Assembly (NCBI GenBank): GCA_000435055.1
Contig: FR879692.1
Location: forward strand, 8,107 to 69,752
DNA length: 61,646 bases
Origin: Clostridium sp. CAG:138
Lineage (GTDB): Bacteria > Bacillota > Clostridia > Christensenellales > CAG-138
Direction: 5' to 3'
Shown: piece after piece, positions 1 to 10,025 of the stretch
How positions within the stretch are numbered: position 1 is the stretch's first letter
Layout: each line of letters begins with the position of its first letter
The notes under the pieces: model-generated
The model's database searches: none
What the model saw: the letters and a program-made list of their open reading frames with translations, nothing else
What the model was told of the DNA's origin: nothing
Translations under genes and position numbers: made by a program

Positions 1-2104
1 TAATTTTTCCGCCGCCGATGGAAGACCCGGCGGTGTTGATGCCCCATTCAGCGGGAATAGGATCGCCGTTTCCGAGATATTCGTCATAATAGAAATCTCT
101 GTCAAGAACGCTTGCCTTTTCCCAATCGCCGTAGAATCCGAGATAGGGAACCGAAAGGTTCACATCGCCTGCAAGAGTAACAAAGCCCTCTATATATGCA
201 CCGTTGGGGAACTTTTCGTTCAGCGTTGCGGCATAACCGCTTACATTAACGGTAACGTTCACTGTTGTTCTGCCGTTCGCGGGAACGGTTACGGACTGAG
301 GAACAGTAACATTCACGTTGTTAGTGATGTTCGAAGCAGAGCCCGCCATAGTGTAATATGACTGCCCTCCGATGGATACCGTGCCGGTGTTTTCAGTCAG
401 AACATAAACTGTGGGAGTATAGGTCTTTGCAGTGCTGCCGAAGTTTACAATGTCAAAGCTGAAATTGAAAATACCGGTACGATCGTCGTCATCACCGAGT
501 TCGATTTTCGGACGGAGACTGCCTTCAACCTCAATATAAGCCTTTGTGTTGATTGCAGCAGTAAGATTTGCCTGACCTGCGCCCTGCCAACGGGGAGAAT
601 ACGGAGTGTTTCCGGACTTGCTGGGAACGGCAGTGCTCATAAGCAGGGTGTTTACCATCTCCATGCGTGCCTGTTCGGAAAGGGATGGGAACGCTGTGTT
701 GACGTACTGATTGACAAGAACCATGCTGCCCGCAATATGCGGAGAGGCCATGCTCGTGCCGCTCTTTGTGCCGTAGTTGCTGTAGGAGTACTGAGAATCC
801 GTTGCCGCACGAATGTTGTCGCCGGGAGCCATGATTTCAGGTTTGATGCTGAGGTCGGCCGTTGTGCCCCAAGAGCTGTAGCTTGTGGGAGTCGCCGAAG
901 AGCTGTTGCTGCTTGCCGCAACTGAAAGAGAACCGCCGAGGGTGCTGGGGCTTGCAACAACGCCGTTGTCCATGTTGAATGTGGGCTGTTTGCTGCCGTA
1001 ATTATTGCCCGAACCCGCAGTACCGCTGTTGCCCGCCGCAACTGCGCAATTCACGCCGTGTGCGGTAAGAAGAGCAAAAACTTCTTCCATATCTGCCTCA
1101 CCCTGAGTGAAGCCGTTGTCCGAGCCGAGACTCATATTGAGTGCATCAACTTCAAGCCAAGCGCAGTCTTCAAGTGCCGCAAGGATCTCGGTCCATGCCG
1201 CGCCGCCGTTCTGGAAAACCTGCATGGATATGATCTGTGCATTATATGCAACACCGCGTGACGAACTGTCGCAGCCGGCAGCAATTGAACTTACATGCGT
1301 GCCGTGATCACTGCCTGCATTTGCATGACTTACATCCGTATTGCAGGCATAATAGTTAAATGTGAACGGAAGCTTTGCGCTGTGGTACAGCGTTGCGCCG
1401 GTCAGAGTGCCGTTATAGCGTTCCTCCGCGCAGAGATCGTAGCGGTTGAGCACGCTTTGAATTCCTGCCGCATCGAAATGCGGATCCTGCGGTGCGGTTG
1501 CAAAATTCGTGTGATTAACTTTGATTCCGGTGTCAATAACCGCGATCGTCTGTCCCTGTCCGGTGTAGCCCAAGGCCCACATGTCATCCGCGTTTATGAA
1601 GCCCACGGAAGTGCTGAGCTTTGTGGGGTTTCCGTCGGGCTTTGCGTCCTCGGGAAGCTCATATTCGGCTGCGCGATAACAATCCTCAACGCCGTTGAGC
1701 TTTTTAATCTCTTCAATGAGACGATACTCTCCGCGGAACGAAAAACCGTTGAACAGAAGCGTGTAGTGATAGGAAATTTCGAGATTTCCGCCCTTAACGA
1801 GCTTCTTGTTGATTGCCGCAAAAAGCTTGTCCTGCTTTGCAGCAAGCGCTTTTGACATTTCTGCGGAACGCTCATTCGATACATCGGTCTTTGCAAGAAC
1901 CGGTGCATCCTTCAGCTTTACGATGATCGGAACGATCTCATCGGGTTCGGCGGCAGGTTCGCTGCTGCGCGTGCGTGCCGGCGAGTCATTTTCAAGTATG
2001 CTCACCGGAGCTGCGTTTGCCTCCCTCGGCATGAAGCCGACGAAAGAAAACGCCATTGCCGCGACCATAAGCATCGCGACAAGCTTTGTCAAGGTTTTCT
2101 TCAT
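1..2104 (-). CDS. S8 subtilisin-like serine peptidase with signal peptide and propeptide; C-terminus runs off the window (partial)
   Basis: Absent from the ORF track because there is no stop inside the window. Manual minus-strand translation from ATG 2104..2102 (RBS GGAGGAAATCC) gives MKKTLTKLVAMLMVAAMAFSFVGF... Catalytic motifs are AVIDTG (Asp), GSDHGTHVSS (His), AAGNSG (Asn) and GTSMASPHIAG (Ser). The frame stays open to position 2. Confidence 0.9.
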   Translation of the reverse strand, partial: MKKTLTKLVAMLMVAAMAFSFVGFMPREANAAPVSILENDSPARTRSSEPAAEPDEIVPIIVKLKDAPVLAKTDVSNERSAEMSKALAAKQDKLFAAINKKLVKGGNLEISYHYTLLFNGFSFRGEYRLIEEIKKLNGVEDCYRAAEYELPEDAKPDGNPTKLSTSVGFINADDMWALGYTGQGQTIAVIDTGIKVNHTNFATAPQDPHFDAAGIQSVLNRYDLCAEERYNGTLTGATLYHSAKLPFTFNYYACNTDVSHANAGSDHGTHVSSIAAGCDSSSRGVAYNAQIISMQVFQNGGAAWTEILAALEDCAWLEVDALNMSLGSDNGFTQGEADMEEVFALLTAHGVNCAVAAGNSGTAGSGNNYGSKQPTFNMDNGVVASPSTLGGSLSVAASSNSSSATPTSYSSWGTTADLSIKPEIMAPGDNIRAATDSQYSYSNYGTKSGTSMASPHIAGSMVLVNQYVNTAFPSLSEQARMEMVNTLLMSTAVPSKSGNTPYSPRWQGAGQANLTAAINTKAYIEVEGSLRPKIELGDDDDRTGIFNFSFDIVNFGSTAKTYTPTVYVLTENTGTVSIGGQSYYTMAGSASNITNNVNVTVPQSVTVPANGRTTVNVTVNVSGYAATLNEKFPNGAYIEGFVTLAGDVNLSVPYLGFYGDWEKASVLDRDFYYDEYLGNGDPIPAEWGINTAGSSIGGGKI

Positions 2105-2249
2105 GGATTTCCTCCGTTTTTTATTCAAACGCGGATGATCCGCATTTGTTTCATTGATAATGCAGTGATGGTTTTCCGCCAAAACAAATCAGTTTTCGTC
2201 GGCGGGCACAATGCCGTTCATCATGCTCCCGATTCGGAAGCATTCGATT

Positions 2250-2711
2250 TTAACGCTTATTCCTGAAAAAAGCTGTCAGTAAATTTCGGCACTCTTCTTC
2301 CCGAATGCCCCCAACGTACGGAATATTGATATTCGTCATCCCGCACGACAGTTCGCACCTTGAAACACAGCATCCGGCCTCGGGGTCAAACGCACCGAAG
2401 ACAACCGCCGCAATGCGAAAATTCATTATCGCACCCATGCACATTGCGCAGGGTTCGAGCGTAACGTAAAGTATGCAGTCGTTCAGGCGGCGAGTGCCAA
2501 GTTTTTTTGCTGCTGCGCTGAGCGCAAGCAATTCTGCATGCGCGGATGCATCGCTGCGTGTTTCAACAAGGTTGTGTGCGCGGGATATGATTTCTCCGCC
2601 GCAAACAACGCATGCACCTACAGGAACTTCCCCCGCCGCCGCGGCAGTGCGGGCTTCATCCAGCGCATCGAGCATATATACTGTTGAAATCTCGTTTTGT
2701 TCCTTCATCAC
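2250..2711 (-). CDS. tadA: tRNA adenosine(34) deaminase
   Basis: 153 aa. Has the cytidine/deoxycytidylate deaminase zinc motifs HAELLAL and PCAMCMGA. Confidence 0.9.
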   Translation of the reverse strand: MMKEQNEISTVYMLDALDEARTAAAAGEVPVGACVVCGGEIISRAHNLVETRSDASAHAELLALSAAAKKLGTRRLNDCILYVTLEPCAMCMGAIMNFRIAAVVFGAFDPEAGCCVSRCELSCGMTNINIPYVGGIREEECRNLLTAFFRNKR

Positions 2712-2788
2712 TCAATTATATCATATTTTGAGTCGAAATGGAACAACCTAATAACAAAAATGTGTACTTTCGGAGGCAATAATTTTTC

Positions 2789-4207
2789 ATGGATGAACGT
2801 TTCCCCGCAATAAAGGCCTGTGCCGCAATTTTGCTCAGCACGGCGGCGCTCTTATTCCTGCTTGTTTTTTCCTGCTGCAGCGGTCAAAATTCCGATGACA
2901 TCAAGCATGGAGCAAATGCAGATACGATTATTCCCGGCGATGATCCGACTTTCGAGACGGCGTTATTCTCAAGCGGAACATATATTAATTCTGTCGACGT
3001 TTCGAACATGACAAAAGACGCCGTGCGCACCCTGCTCTCTCCCAAGCTCGAACGAGCAAAATCCGAATATCACATAGAAATTGAATTTCAGCAAAACGAC
3101 AGTCCAATCTGTATCATCAACGGAACGGATCTGACGTTGAAAGACGATTTGGAGGCCGTTATGTCAAAAGCACTTGAGTGCGGGGCGGGACAGTATACGA
3201 CTGCAATCAAGCCCGTTGATGACATAAAGCTCCGAAACAGTATTGATTCGGTCGCAAAAATTGCAGAGAAAACACCGGTTCCCGCACAAATCCTGACTCA
3301 CTCCGCCGCAGGCTGTTCTGAGCTGCCCGTGTTGAAAAAGAATGCACGTTTCTGCCTTACGGCACCCGTCAACGGCTGTCAAATCGACCGTGATGCCGCC
3401 GTCAAACAAATATGCAGCGGTGAAACCCGTTTCTCGCTGCCTCTGCATACGGTTTTATGCACCGATAAAATACCCGAAATGCCTGAGCTGCGGGCAAGCT
3501 TTTCAACATCTTTTGCCGCCGGTTCCTTATGTTCCGAGAATCGCGTTCATAATATCACAAAGGGCGCGCTTCTTATTGACGGAAGCATTGTTCCTGCCGG
3601 GCAAACCTTCTCGTGCAACGATTCTCTCGGAGTGCGAAGCAGGGAAAACGGTTGGCTGCCCGCAACCGCATTTGCAAACGGAGGGGCTGAAACACGGCAG
3701 GAGTACGGCGGTGGAATCTGCCAAATCAGCACAACGCTGTACAATGCAGTTCTGCGCAGCGATCTTGAAATCATTGCAAGAAGCGGGCACACGCGCAAGG
3801 TGCGTTATATCGGCGGCGGGTTGGATGCAGCACTGAGCGGCAAAGACAAGGACTTTGTTTTCCGTAACAACACCGATTCCGATATTTACGTTTTTATGTG
3901 GGTTGATGAATCGCAAAAAACTTTGTGCTGTGAAATATACGGCTGTCCTTTCCCGTCGGATTTCGACAGAGTGGACACCGTTTCGGAACTTACATCTTCA
4001 ACTCCTCCTTCCGAACCTCAGTTCGTTCTTGATTCAGCACTTGAACCCGGCGAATGTGTTCTGAAAAGAAAGGCCATTGCAGGCAGCACATATCAAAGCT
4101 ATCGTGTTTACTCTCTGAATGGTGAAATAATTCGCAGGGTTCCGATCGATAAGACCGAGTACCCCATGCATCCCGCACTGTATGCCGTCGGGCAGGGTAA
4201 ATCATAA
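2789..4207 (+). CDS. VanW-domain protein, probable lipoprotein
   Basis: 472 aa. N-terminal hydrophobic segment with a lipobox-like VFSCC, and the VanW core motif YGGGICQISTTLYNAVL. Confidence 0.85.
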   Translation: MDERFPAIKACAAILLSTAALLFLLVFSCCSGQNSDDIKHGANADTIIPGDDPTFETALFSSGTYINSVDVSNMTKDAVRTLLSPKLERAKSEYHIEIEFQQNDSPICIINGTDLTLKDDLEAVMSKALECGAGQYTTAIKPVDDIKLRNSIDSVAKIAEKTPVPAQILTHSAAGCSELPVLKKNARFCLTAPVNGCQIDRDAAVKQICSGETRFSLPLHTVLCTDKIPEMPELRASFSTSFAAGSLCSENRVHNITKGALLIDGSIVPAGQTFSCNDSLGVRSRENGWLPATAFANGGAETRQEYGGGICQISTTLYNAVLRSDLEIIARSGHTRKVRYIGGGLDAALSGKDKDFVFRNNTDSDIYVFMWVDESQKTLCCEIYGCPFPSDFDRVDTVSELTSSTPPSEPQFVLDSALEPGECVLKRKAIAGSTYQSYRVYSLNGEIIRRVPIDKTEYPMHPALYAVGQGKS

Positions 4208-4233
4208 CCGTTCTGAGCTTTGGTGCGTTCTTC

Positions 4234-4262
4234 TTGCGCTTTATTCGCGTTTCCTTTATAAT
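4234..4262 (+). promoter_or_regulatory. sigma-A-type promoter upstream of the YgiQ-family gene
   Basis: TTGCGC (4234-4239), a 17-nt spacer, then TATAAT (4257-4262). Confidence 0.5.
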
Positions 4263-4336
4263 ATGTTCACAAACCCACCGCCGTAGAGCGGGTTTTATCC
4301 GCAAGCTAAGAGCGCAATGGGATAAAAGGAGCAAAA

Positions 4337-6553
4337 ATGCAGCCGATAGATCAAAAAACGGAGAAAAAAACCGTTGCCGGTATCAACCGAAACATTTCTC
4401 GCGGAAAACGAAGCAGCAATCAGAAGCGCAATGAGAACCGCGCCGATGCTGCATATGCCGACAAAAGTTTTTGCAGCTCATATAAAATTTATAATTTGGA
4501 CAACTCCTATGACGGATTTTCCGAAAGAAGCGAATGTGATAAAAAACAGCCGCTTCCGATGTCCAAAGCGGAGCTTTTTGAGCAGGTCGGAAAGGATGTT
4601 CCCGACTTTGTTCTTGTTACGGGGGATGCTTACATTGATCATCCGTCGTTCGGAACAGCGATAATCGGAAGAGTTCTCCTTTCACACGGTTATTCTGTCG
4701 GAATAATTGCTCAGCCCAATTGGAAAAGTGCTGAATCGTTCAAAGTTTTCGGCAAACCCAGGCTTGGCTTTCTTGTGAATTCCGGGAACATGGATTCCAT
4801 GGTGAATCATTACACGAGTGCAAAGAAACCGCGAAGCGAAGACGCCTACACGCCCGGCGGCAAGCGCGGGAAGCGGCCCGATCGTGCCGTTAATGTTTAC
4901 TGTAAATGTATCCGTAACATCTACGGAGATATTCCTATCGTTATCGGCGGCATTGAAGCGAGCCTCCGCCGCTTTGCTCATTACGATTATTGGGACAACC
5001 GTGTTTTACCTTCCGTTCTTGTATCCTCAGGTGCGGATTTGTTGATTTACGGCATGGGTGAACGCCAGATTATCGACATTGCGGAGGCTTTGGACGGCGG
5101 CATTGCTGCACGGGATATTACCTATGTTAAGGGAACTGCATATTGGGCGGATAACCTCTCGCGCGTGTATGAGTACGCTCTTATTGACAGCTTTGAAAAA
5201 GTATCAAACGACAAAAAAGCTTACTGTGCTGCGTTTATGACACAATACCGTGAACAGGATGCGATAAGCGGCGCAACGCTTGTTCAGCCGCACGGGAGTG
5301 GATTTGTTGTTGTAAACTCACCCGCCATGCCGCTTTCACGCAACGAGTTGGATGCTGTTTACGATCTTCCTTATACACGCCTTCCCCATCCTTCCTACAC
5401 CGAGCATATTCCCGCTTTGGATGAGGTTCGCTTTTCCCTTGTCAGCTGCCGCGGCTGCTACGGCCAATGTGCGTTTTGTGCGCTTACTTTTCACCAGGGA
5501 CGCGTCATTCAATCCCGAAGCCACGAATCGCTGATTGCCGAAGCCAAGCTTATGACCAAAATGCCCGAATTCAAGGGCTATATTCACGATGTCGGAGGGC
5601 CAACGGCGAATTTTCGTCAGCCTGCATGTAAAAAACAGCTTACGAAGGGTGTATGTAAAGACCGAACCTGTTTGGGATATTCACCCTGCAAAAACGTTGA
5701 AGTCAGCCATACGGATTACGTTGAACTTCTGCGCAAGCTCCGCAGACTGGACGGTGTGAAGCGTGTGTTCATCCGTTCAGGTATTCGTTACGATTACCTG
5801 ATGTATGATAAAGATGAAACATTTTTTAAGGAACTTATTAAATACCATATAAGCGGACAACTTAAGGTTGCGCCCGAGCATATCGATGATCACGTGCTTG
5901 AGATGATGGGCAAGCCCGGAGGTGAACTGTACCAACGCTTTGTTCGAAGATATAAGCAGCTTAATGATGCTCTCGGAATGAACCAATACATTGTTCCGTA
6001 CTTCATGTCAAGCCATCCGGGCAGCACTTTGAACTCTGCAATCGCACTTGCAGAATACCTGAAGGCGAGCGGGCAGCGTCCGGAGCAGGTTCAGGATTTT
6101 TATCCCACTCCCGGCACTCTTTCCACCTGCATGTTCTATACGGGACTTGACCCGCGAACAATGAAGCCGGTTTATGTTCCCGTTTCGCCCGAGGAAAAAG
6201 CAATGCAGCGCGCCCTCATGCAGTTCTTCATTCCAAAGAATCGGCCTCTCGTCCGAAAAGCTCTCAGGCTTGCAGACAGGGATGATCTCATCGGCAGCGG
6301 CAGGAACTGTCTTGTTCCGGATGTGCATCAAAGCCCGGCACACAGCGGAGGCTCCTCCTCTGCGACAAAAAGCAATCACCGTTCGCAGTATGGAGCGACG
6401 GAACATTCGGCAATCAAACGAAAAGATGCGCGGCAGCATACCCGTTTCGGTTCCGTTGAACAGAGCCGCAGCAATGGGCCGAACAGAGGTGTTCAAGGCA
6501 AAAAAACGGTTAAAACATCCGATAAGCGTTCAGGCGTAAAGAAGCATCGCTGA
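4337..6553 (+). CDS. YgiQ-family (UPF0313) radical SAM protein with a basic low-complexity C-terminal tail
   Basis: 738 aa. Has VLVTGDAYIDHPSFG and the radical-SAM cluster CYGQCAFC (Cx3Cx2C). RBS AAAGGAG lies 7 nt before ATG 4337. An alternative internal start at 4559 has no RBS. Confidence 0.85.
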   Translation: MQPIDQKTEKKTVAGINRNISRGKRSSNQKRNENRADAAYADKSFCSSYKIYNLDNSYDGFSERSECDKKQPLPMSKAELFEQVGKDVPDFVLVTGDAYIDHPSFGTAIIGRVLLSHGYSVGIIAQPNWKSAESFKVFGKPRLGFLVNSGNMDSMVNHYTSAKKPRSEDAYTPGGKRGKRPDRAVNVYCKCIRNIYGDIPIVIGGIEASLRRFAHYDYWDNRVLPSVLVSSGADLLIYGMGERQIIDIAEALDGGIAARDITYVKGTAYWADNLSRVYEYALIDSFEKVSNDKKAYCAAFMTQYREQDAISGATLVQPHGSGFVVVNSPAMPLSRNELDAVYDLPYTRLPHPSYTEHIPALDEVRFSLVSCRGCYGQCAFCALTFHQGRVIQSRSHESLIAEAKLMTKMPEFKGYIHDVGGPTANFRQPACKKQLTKGVCKDRTCLGYSPCKNVEVSHTDYVELLRKLRRLDGVKRVFIRSGIRYDYLMYDKDETFFKELIKYHISGQLKVAPEHIDDHVLEMMGKPGGELYQRFVRRYKQLNDALGMNQYIVPYFMSSHPGSTLNSAIALAEYLKASGQRPEQVQDFYPTPGTLSTCMFYTGLDPRTMKPVYVPVSPEEKAMQRALMQFFIPKNRPLVRKALRLADRDDLIGSGRNCLVPDVHQSPAHSGGSSSATKSNHRSQYGATEHSAIKRKDARQHTRFGSVEQSRSNGPNRGVQGKKTVKTSDKRSGVKKHR

Positions 6554-6600
6554 TGTTTATAAAGCCTGTGAAAACATTTTGTGGTCGTTGCTGCGGAATG

Positions 6601-6630
6601 TTGGCATATTGCGCCGCTTTGTGCTATAAT
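6601..6630 (+). promoter_or_regulatory. extended -10 promoter upstream of the flippase gene
   Basis: TTGGCA (6601-6606), an 18-nt spacer, then TGcTATAAT (6622-6630). Confidence 0.5.
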
Positions 6631-6685
6631 ATTTTTATCAACAGCCGCCTTTGGGACGGTTGATGCTGGTTAAAGGATTTTTAAC

Positions 6686-8344
6686 ATGAAAAAACAAACT
6701 AAATCCGCAGTAAATGCCGGTTTCGTGCAGGGAGCTGCAATTCTCGGCATTGCGGGGCTTTTGGTCAAAATCATTGGGGCGGTGTACAGAATTCCGCTTG
6801 CAAACATTGTCGGCGAAAGCGGCATGGCGTATTACGAGGTTGCTTACCCTTATTATTCCTGGCTGCTCGTCATATCCTCTGCGGGACTTCCGACAGCAAT
6901 TTCTAAGCTTGTTTCTGAACGAATAGCACTGGGCGATATCGTCGGAGCAAAACGTGTATTCCGTGCAGCTTTGCGCTTGCTTTTTGTAATCGGAATTGTC
7001 ACTGCCGTTCTTCTGTTTGTTCTTTCATCACCGATCGCAAACCTTTCCGGTGCAGCACCGGCAAGGTATTCCCTTATGGCATTGTCGCCTGCACTGCTCT
7101 TTGTGTCCGTCATGTGTGCCTACCGAGGGTATCTGCAGGGAATGCAGTGCATGACCGGAACAGCAATCAGCCAGATCGTTGAGCAGCTCATCAAACTCAT
7201 ATTCGGGTTCGGTCTTGCGTTTTTATTCGTCAAAACACGCCCCGATGCCCCTGAGTTGGCGGCAATGGGAGCATTGATAGGCGTCAGCGTTTCAGAGCTT
7301 GTTGCGCTTGCTGTCATCAAGTTTTATTATGATGCTCGCATTCGCAATCGCTCTCTTCCCGTCTGCGTTTCAACAAAAGGCGCAAAAAGCGGGCTTCGCG
7401 GCTCAATCATCAAGCGTTTGCTTGCAATTGCAATTCCGATAACCATTGGCGCATCAATAATGCCTGTTACGGGAATTGCAGACTCCGTGTTCATTATCAA
7501 TTTCCTTGAAAAGCACGATATTGCAATGGGTATTGCGGAAGAAATCGCAAACGAAAATGCGCGTGTTGCATACACTGTTCTCCGCAGCTACGTCACTCCG
7601 CTTATCAACATGCCGGCCGTGCTGACACTTTCGCTTTCAATGAGCCTCGTTCCCGCAATCTCCCAGGCCGTTACGCGCAAGGAAAAGCGCATTGTTAACG
7701 CCGCAAGCAGAACGGGCATCAAGCTTGCCATGTTTATCGGTGCACCGTGCGCAGCAGGACTGTTCATTCTCGGCGGTCCGATAATGTCCCTGCTTTATTC
7801 GGCTGTCCGCAACAATCAGGACAGGTTCATCCAGGCTCAGCAGGTTATGTATATCGCTGCCGTCGGGGTTCTTTTCCTTTCACTTGTTCAAACGCTCACC
7901 GGCATAATACAGGGTCTCGGCAAGCCGCGCGTTCCGGTCTATTTCCTTGCTCTCGGCGGCATTGTTAAAGTGGTCAGCATGGTGATTCTTATGCAATTCA
8001 CAAGCATGGGCATTCTCGGGGCTGCATTGTCAACCGTGCTCTGCTATGCGGTTGCAGGAATTGCCGATACTGTTTACGTAATCCGAAAAACACGAATGAA
8101 CATAAGCTATACGGATACATTCGCAAAACCTCTGTTTTCAAGCATTGTCATGGGCTTCGCCGTCTTCGCTGTGTACACTCTCGGTTCAAAGCTCGGACAT
8201 CCGACGCTTGCAACGCTCGCCTCGCTCTGCGTCGGCGTGGCAGTATACGGAGGACTTATGATCCTGCTTCGTCCGTTCAGCAACAGTGACCTTGAATTCC
8301 TTCCTAAAAAGGATCTGTTCAGGCGTATTTTCCGTGTTATCTGA
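6686..8344 (+). CDS. MOP-superfamily flippase (SpoVB/YtgP/MurJ-like polysaccharide or lipid II flippase)
   Basis: 552 aa polytopic membrane protein. The N-terminal block GAAILGIAGLLVKIIGAVYRIPLANIVG..GLPTAISKLVSE is typical of SpoVB/MurJ-type proteins. Confidence 0.8.
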   Translation: MKKQTKSAVNAGFVQGAAILGIAGLLVKIIGAVYRIPLANIVGESGMAYYEVAYPYYSWLLVISSAGLPTAISKLVSERIALGDIVGAKRVFRAALRLLFVIGIVTAVLLFVLSSPIANLSGAAPARYSLMALSPALLFVSVMCAYRGYLQGMQCMTGTAISQIVEQLIKLIFGFGLAFLFVKTRPDAPELAAMGALIGVSVSELVALAVIKFYYDARIRNRSLPVCVSTKGAKSGLRGSIIKRLLAIAIPITIGASIMPVTGIADSVFIINFLEKHDIAMGIAEEIANENARVAYTVLRSYVTPLINMPAVLTLSLSMSLVPAISQAVTRKEKRIVNAASRTGIKLAMFIGAPCAAGLFILGGPIMSLLYSAVRNNQDRFIQAQQVMYIAAVGVLFLSLVQTLTGIIQGLGKPRVPVYFLALGGIVKVVSMVILMQFTSMGILGAALSTVLCYAVAGIADTVYVIRKTRMNISYTDTFAKPLFSSIVMGFAVFAVYTLGSKLGHPTLATLASLCVGVAVYGGLMILLRPFSNSDLEFLPKKDLFRRIFRVI

Positions 8345-8395
8345 TTCGAATTGCATACACACTTAACGGGTTCATTTTTCGGTTAGGAGGAAGCA

Positions 8396-9394
8396 ATGCC
8401 GGACTACAGACGTATAATTGAAGAGCGGGAACGTCAAACGCTTTCGCCCTATGCAGCCTTGAGTGCAGAAACACGCGGTCGGGAATATCCCATTGACCCC
8501 TGCCCTGTTCGCACCGAATTTGTACGTGATCGCGACAGGATAATTCATTGCAAGAGTTTCCGCCGCCTTAAGCATAAAACGCAGGTGTTCCTTTCACCCG
8601 TCGGTGACCATTACAGAACGCGGCTTACGCACACATTGGAGGTTGCTCAAATCGCCCGAACGATTGCCCGCGGACTTCTGCTCAATGAGGATTTGACCGA
8701 AGCCATAGCCATGGGGCACGACCTCGGGCATACGCCTTTCGGCCATTCCGGCGAAAGCGTCTTGAACAGAATCGTTCCCGGCGGCTTTGAACACAATAAG
8801 CAAAGTCTTCGCATCGTTGAAAAGCTTGAAAACGGCAAAGGACTCAACTTGACTTTTGAAGTTCGCGACGGGATTCTGAATCATAAAAAGAGCGGGCATC
8901 CTTCAACGCTTGAAGGTGTTGTTGTGAGCCTTGCCGACAGAATTGCCTATGTTAATCACGATATAGACGATGCCGTTCGCGCAGGACTCCTGTCAAACGA
9001 TATTCTTCCCAAAAGCTGTATTGAAGCCATAGGCGCAACCCACGGCGAACGGATAAATACCCTCGTTCTTGACATTCTTCAAACAAGCAGCGGCAAGAAT
9101 CATGTTGAAATGAGCGGCGAAATCAGCTCCGAATTTGAGAAGCTCCGCCAATTTCTTTTTGATAACCTGTATCATGATTCCGCCGCAAAAGCCGAGGAAG
9201 GCAAGGCGGAAGGTGTTATCGAACGGCTGTATTATCATTATCTCAAACATGTCAGCGAGTTGCCGCCGGAGTTCACAAAGTATATTGATGAGGACGGCCC
9301 CGACCGCATTGCAGCGGATTATATCGCCTGCATGACCGACAGATACGCCGTGCGCGACTACACGCGTCTGTTTGTCCCCGCCGACTGGGCCTGA
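8396..9394 (+). CDS. dGTP triphosphohydrolase-like HD-domain protein
   Basis: 332 aa. HD motifs HTLEVAQIAR and GHDLGHTPFGH, plus ADRIAYVNHDIDD. RBS AGGAGG. Confidence 0.85.
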   Translation: MPDYRRIIEERERQTLSPYAALSAETRGREYPIDPCPVRTEFVRDRDRIIHCKSFRRLKHKTQVFLSPVGDHYRTRLTHTLEVAQIARTIARGLLLNEDLTEAIAMGHDLGHTPFGHSGESVLNRIVPGGFEHNKQSLRIVEKLENGKGLNLTFEVRDGILNHKKSGHPSTLEGVVVSLADRIAYVNHDIDDAVRAGLLSNDILPKSCIEAIGATHGERINTLVLDILQTSSGKNHVEMSGEISSEFEKLRQFLFDNLYHDSAAKAEEGKAEGVIERLYYHYLKHVSELPPEFTKYIDEDGPDRIAADYIACMTDRYAVRDYTRLFVPADWA

Positions 9395-9427
9395 TTTGTC
9401 GAATTTGATTTGCGTACATTGAACACA

Positions 9428-9465
9428 AAAAGAAAGGCAGCTGCAAGTCGTTGCCTTTCTTTTTT
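9428..9465. terminator. bidirectional intrinsic terminator between convergent dgt-like gene and aroQ
   Basis: AAAGAAAGGCA / TGCCTTTCTTT stem, flanked by an A-run on the left and a T-run on the right. Confidence 0.7.
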
Positions 9466-9521
9466 AATATTCCAGAAACGGTGAATACATAATTGATATC
9501 TGCGCTGTTCAGGCCCAGATT

Positions 9522-9956
9522 TCAGTTCATTGCCCTTGAAAGCAGAAGTTTTGCCGCTTCGATATAGCCCTGCTTTCCCATTCCGCATATCTGCGCAATG
9601 CAGACAGGTTCAATAACGCTGACGGCACGAAAAGGCTCACGGGCATGAATATCGCTCAAATGAACCTCCACAGTCGGCAGTCCGACCGCCTCTATTGCGT
9701 CGCGGATTGCATAGGAATAATGCGTGTATGCTCCCGGATTGATTATGATTCCGTCAAACTCGTTCATTGCGGCATGTATTGCATCGATGATATCACCCTC
9801 GTGATTGGATTGGAACGCTGCAAGTTCCGAACCGCAGGATATGACATAGCCATTCAATTCTTCCGTAATCGTCTCAAGTGTATCCGTTCCGTATACATTC
9901 GGAGAGCGCATCCCTGTCAAATTCAGGTTCGGACCGTTAATAACAACAAGTTTCAT
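9522..9956 (-). CDS. aroQ: type II 3-dehydroquinate dehydratase
   Basis: 144 aa. MKLVVINGPNLNLTGMR and HLSDIHAREPFR are characteristic of AroQ. Confidence 0.9.
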   Translation of the reverse strand: MKLVVINGPNLNLTGMRSPNVYGTDTLETITEELNGYVISCGSELAAFQSNHEGDIIDAIHAAMNEFDGIIINPGAYTHYSYAIRDAIEAVGLPTVEVHLSDIHAREPFRAVSVIEPVCIAQICGMGKQGYIEAAKLLLSRAMN

Positions 9957-10025
9957 TTTTTTGTGCCTTTCGTATTGTTAGCAACATTATAGCACAATTC
10001 GCTGCGTTATGGTATAATCAAAAGC

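Noticed and set aside
652-2138. Several 60-190-aa ORFs on both strands (652-1041, 1295-1855, 1594-1908, 1806-2138).
   Set aside because: All are embedded in, or out of frame with, the continuous S8 protease reading frame that spans 2..2104 on the minus strand.
4337-4558. Possibility that the YgiQ gene really starts at the internal ATG 4559, near the conserved N-terminus.
   Set aside because: I kept the long form. ATG 4337 has a well-spaced AAAGGAG RBS and a promoter at 4234-4262, while 4559 has no RBS. The 74-aa basic extension nevertheless remains unverified.
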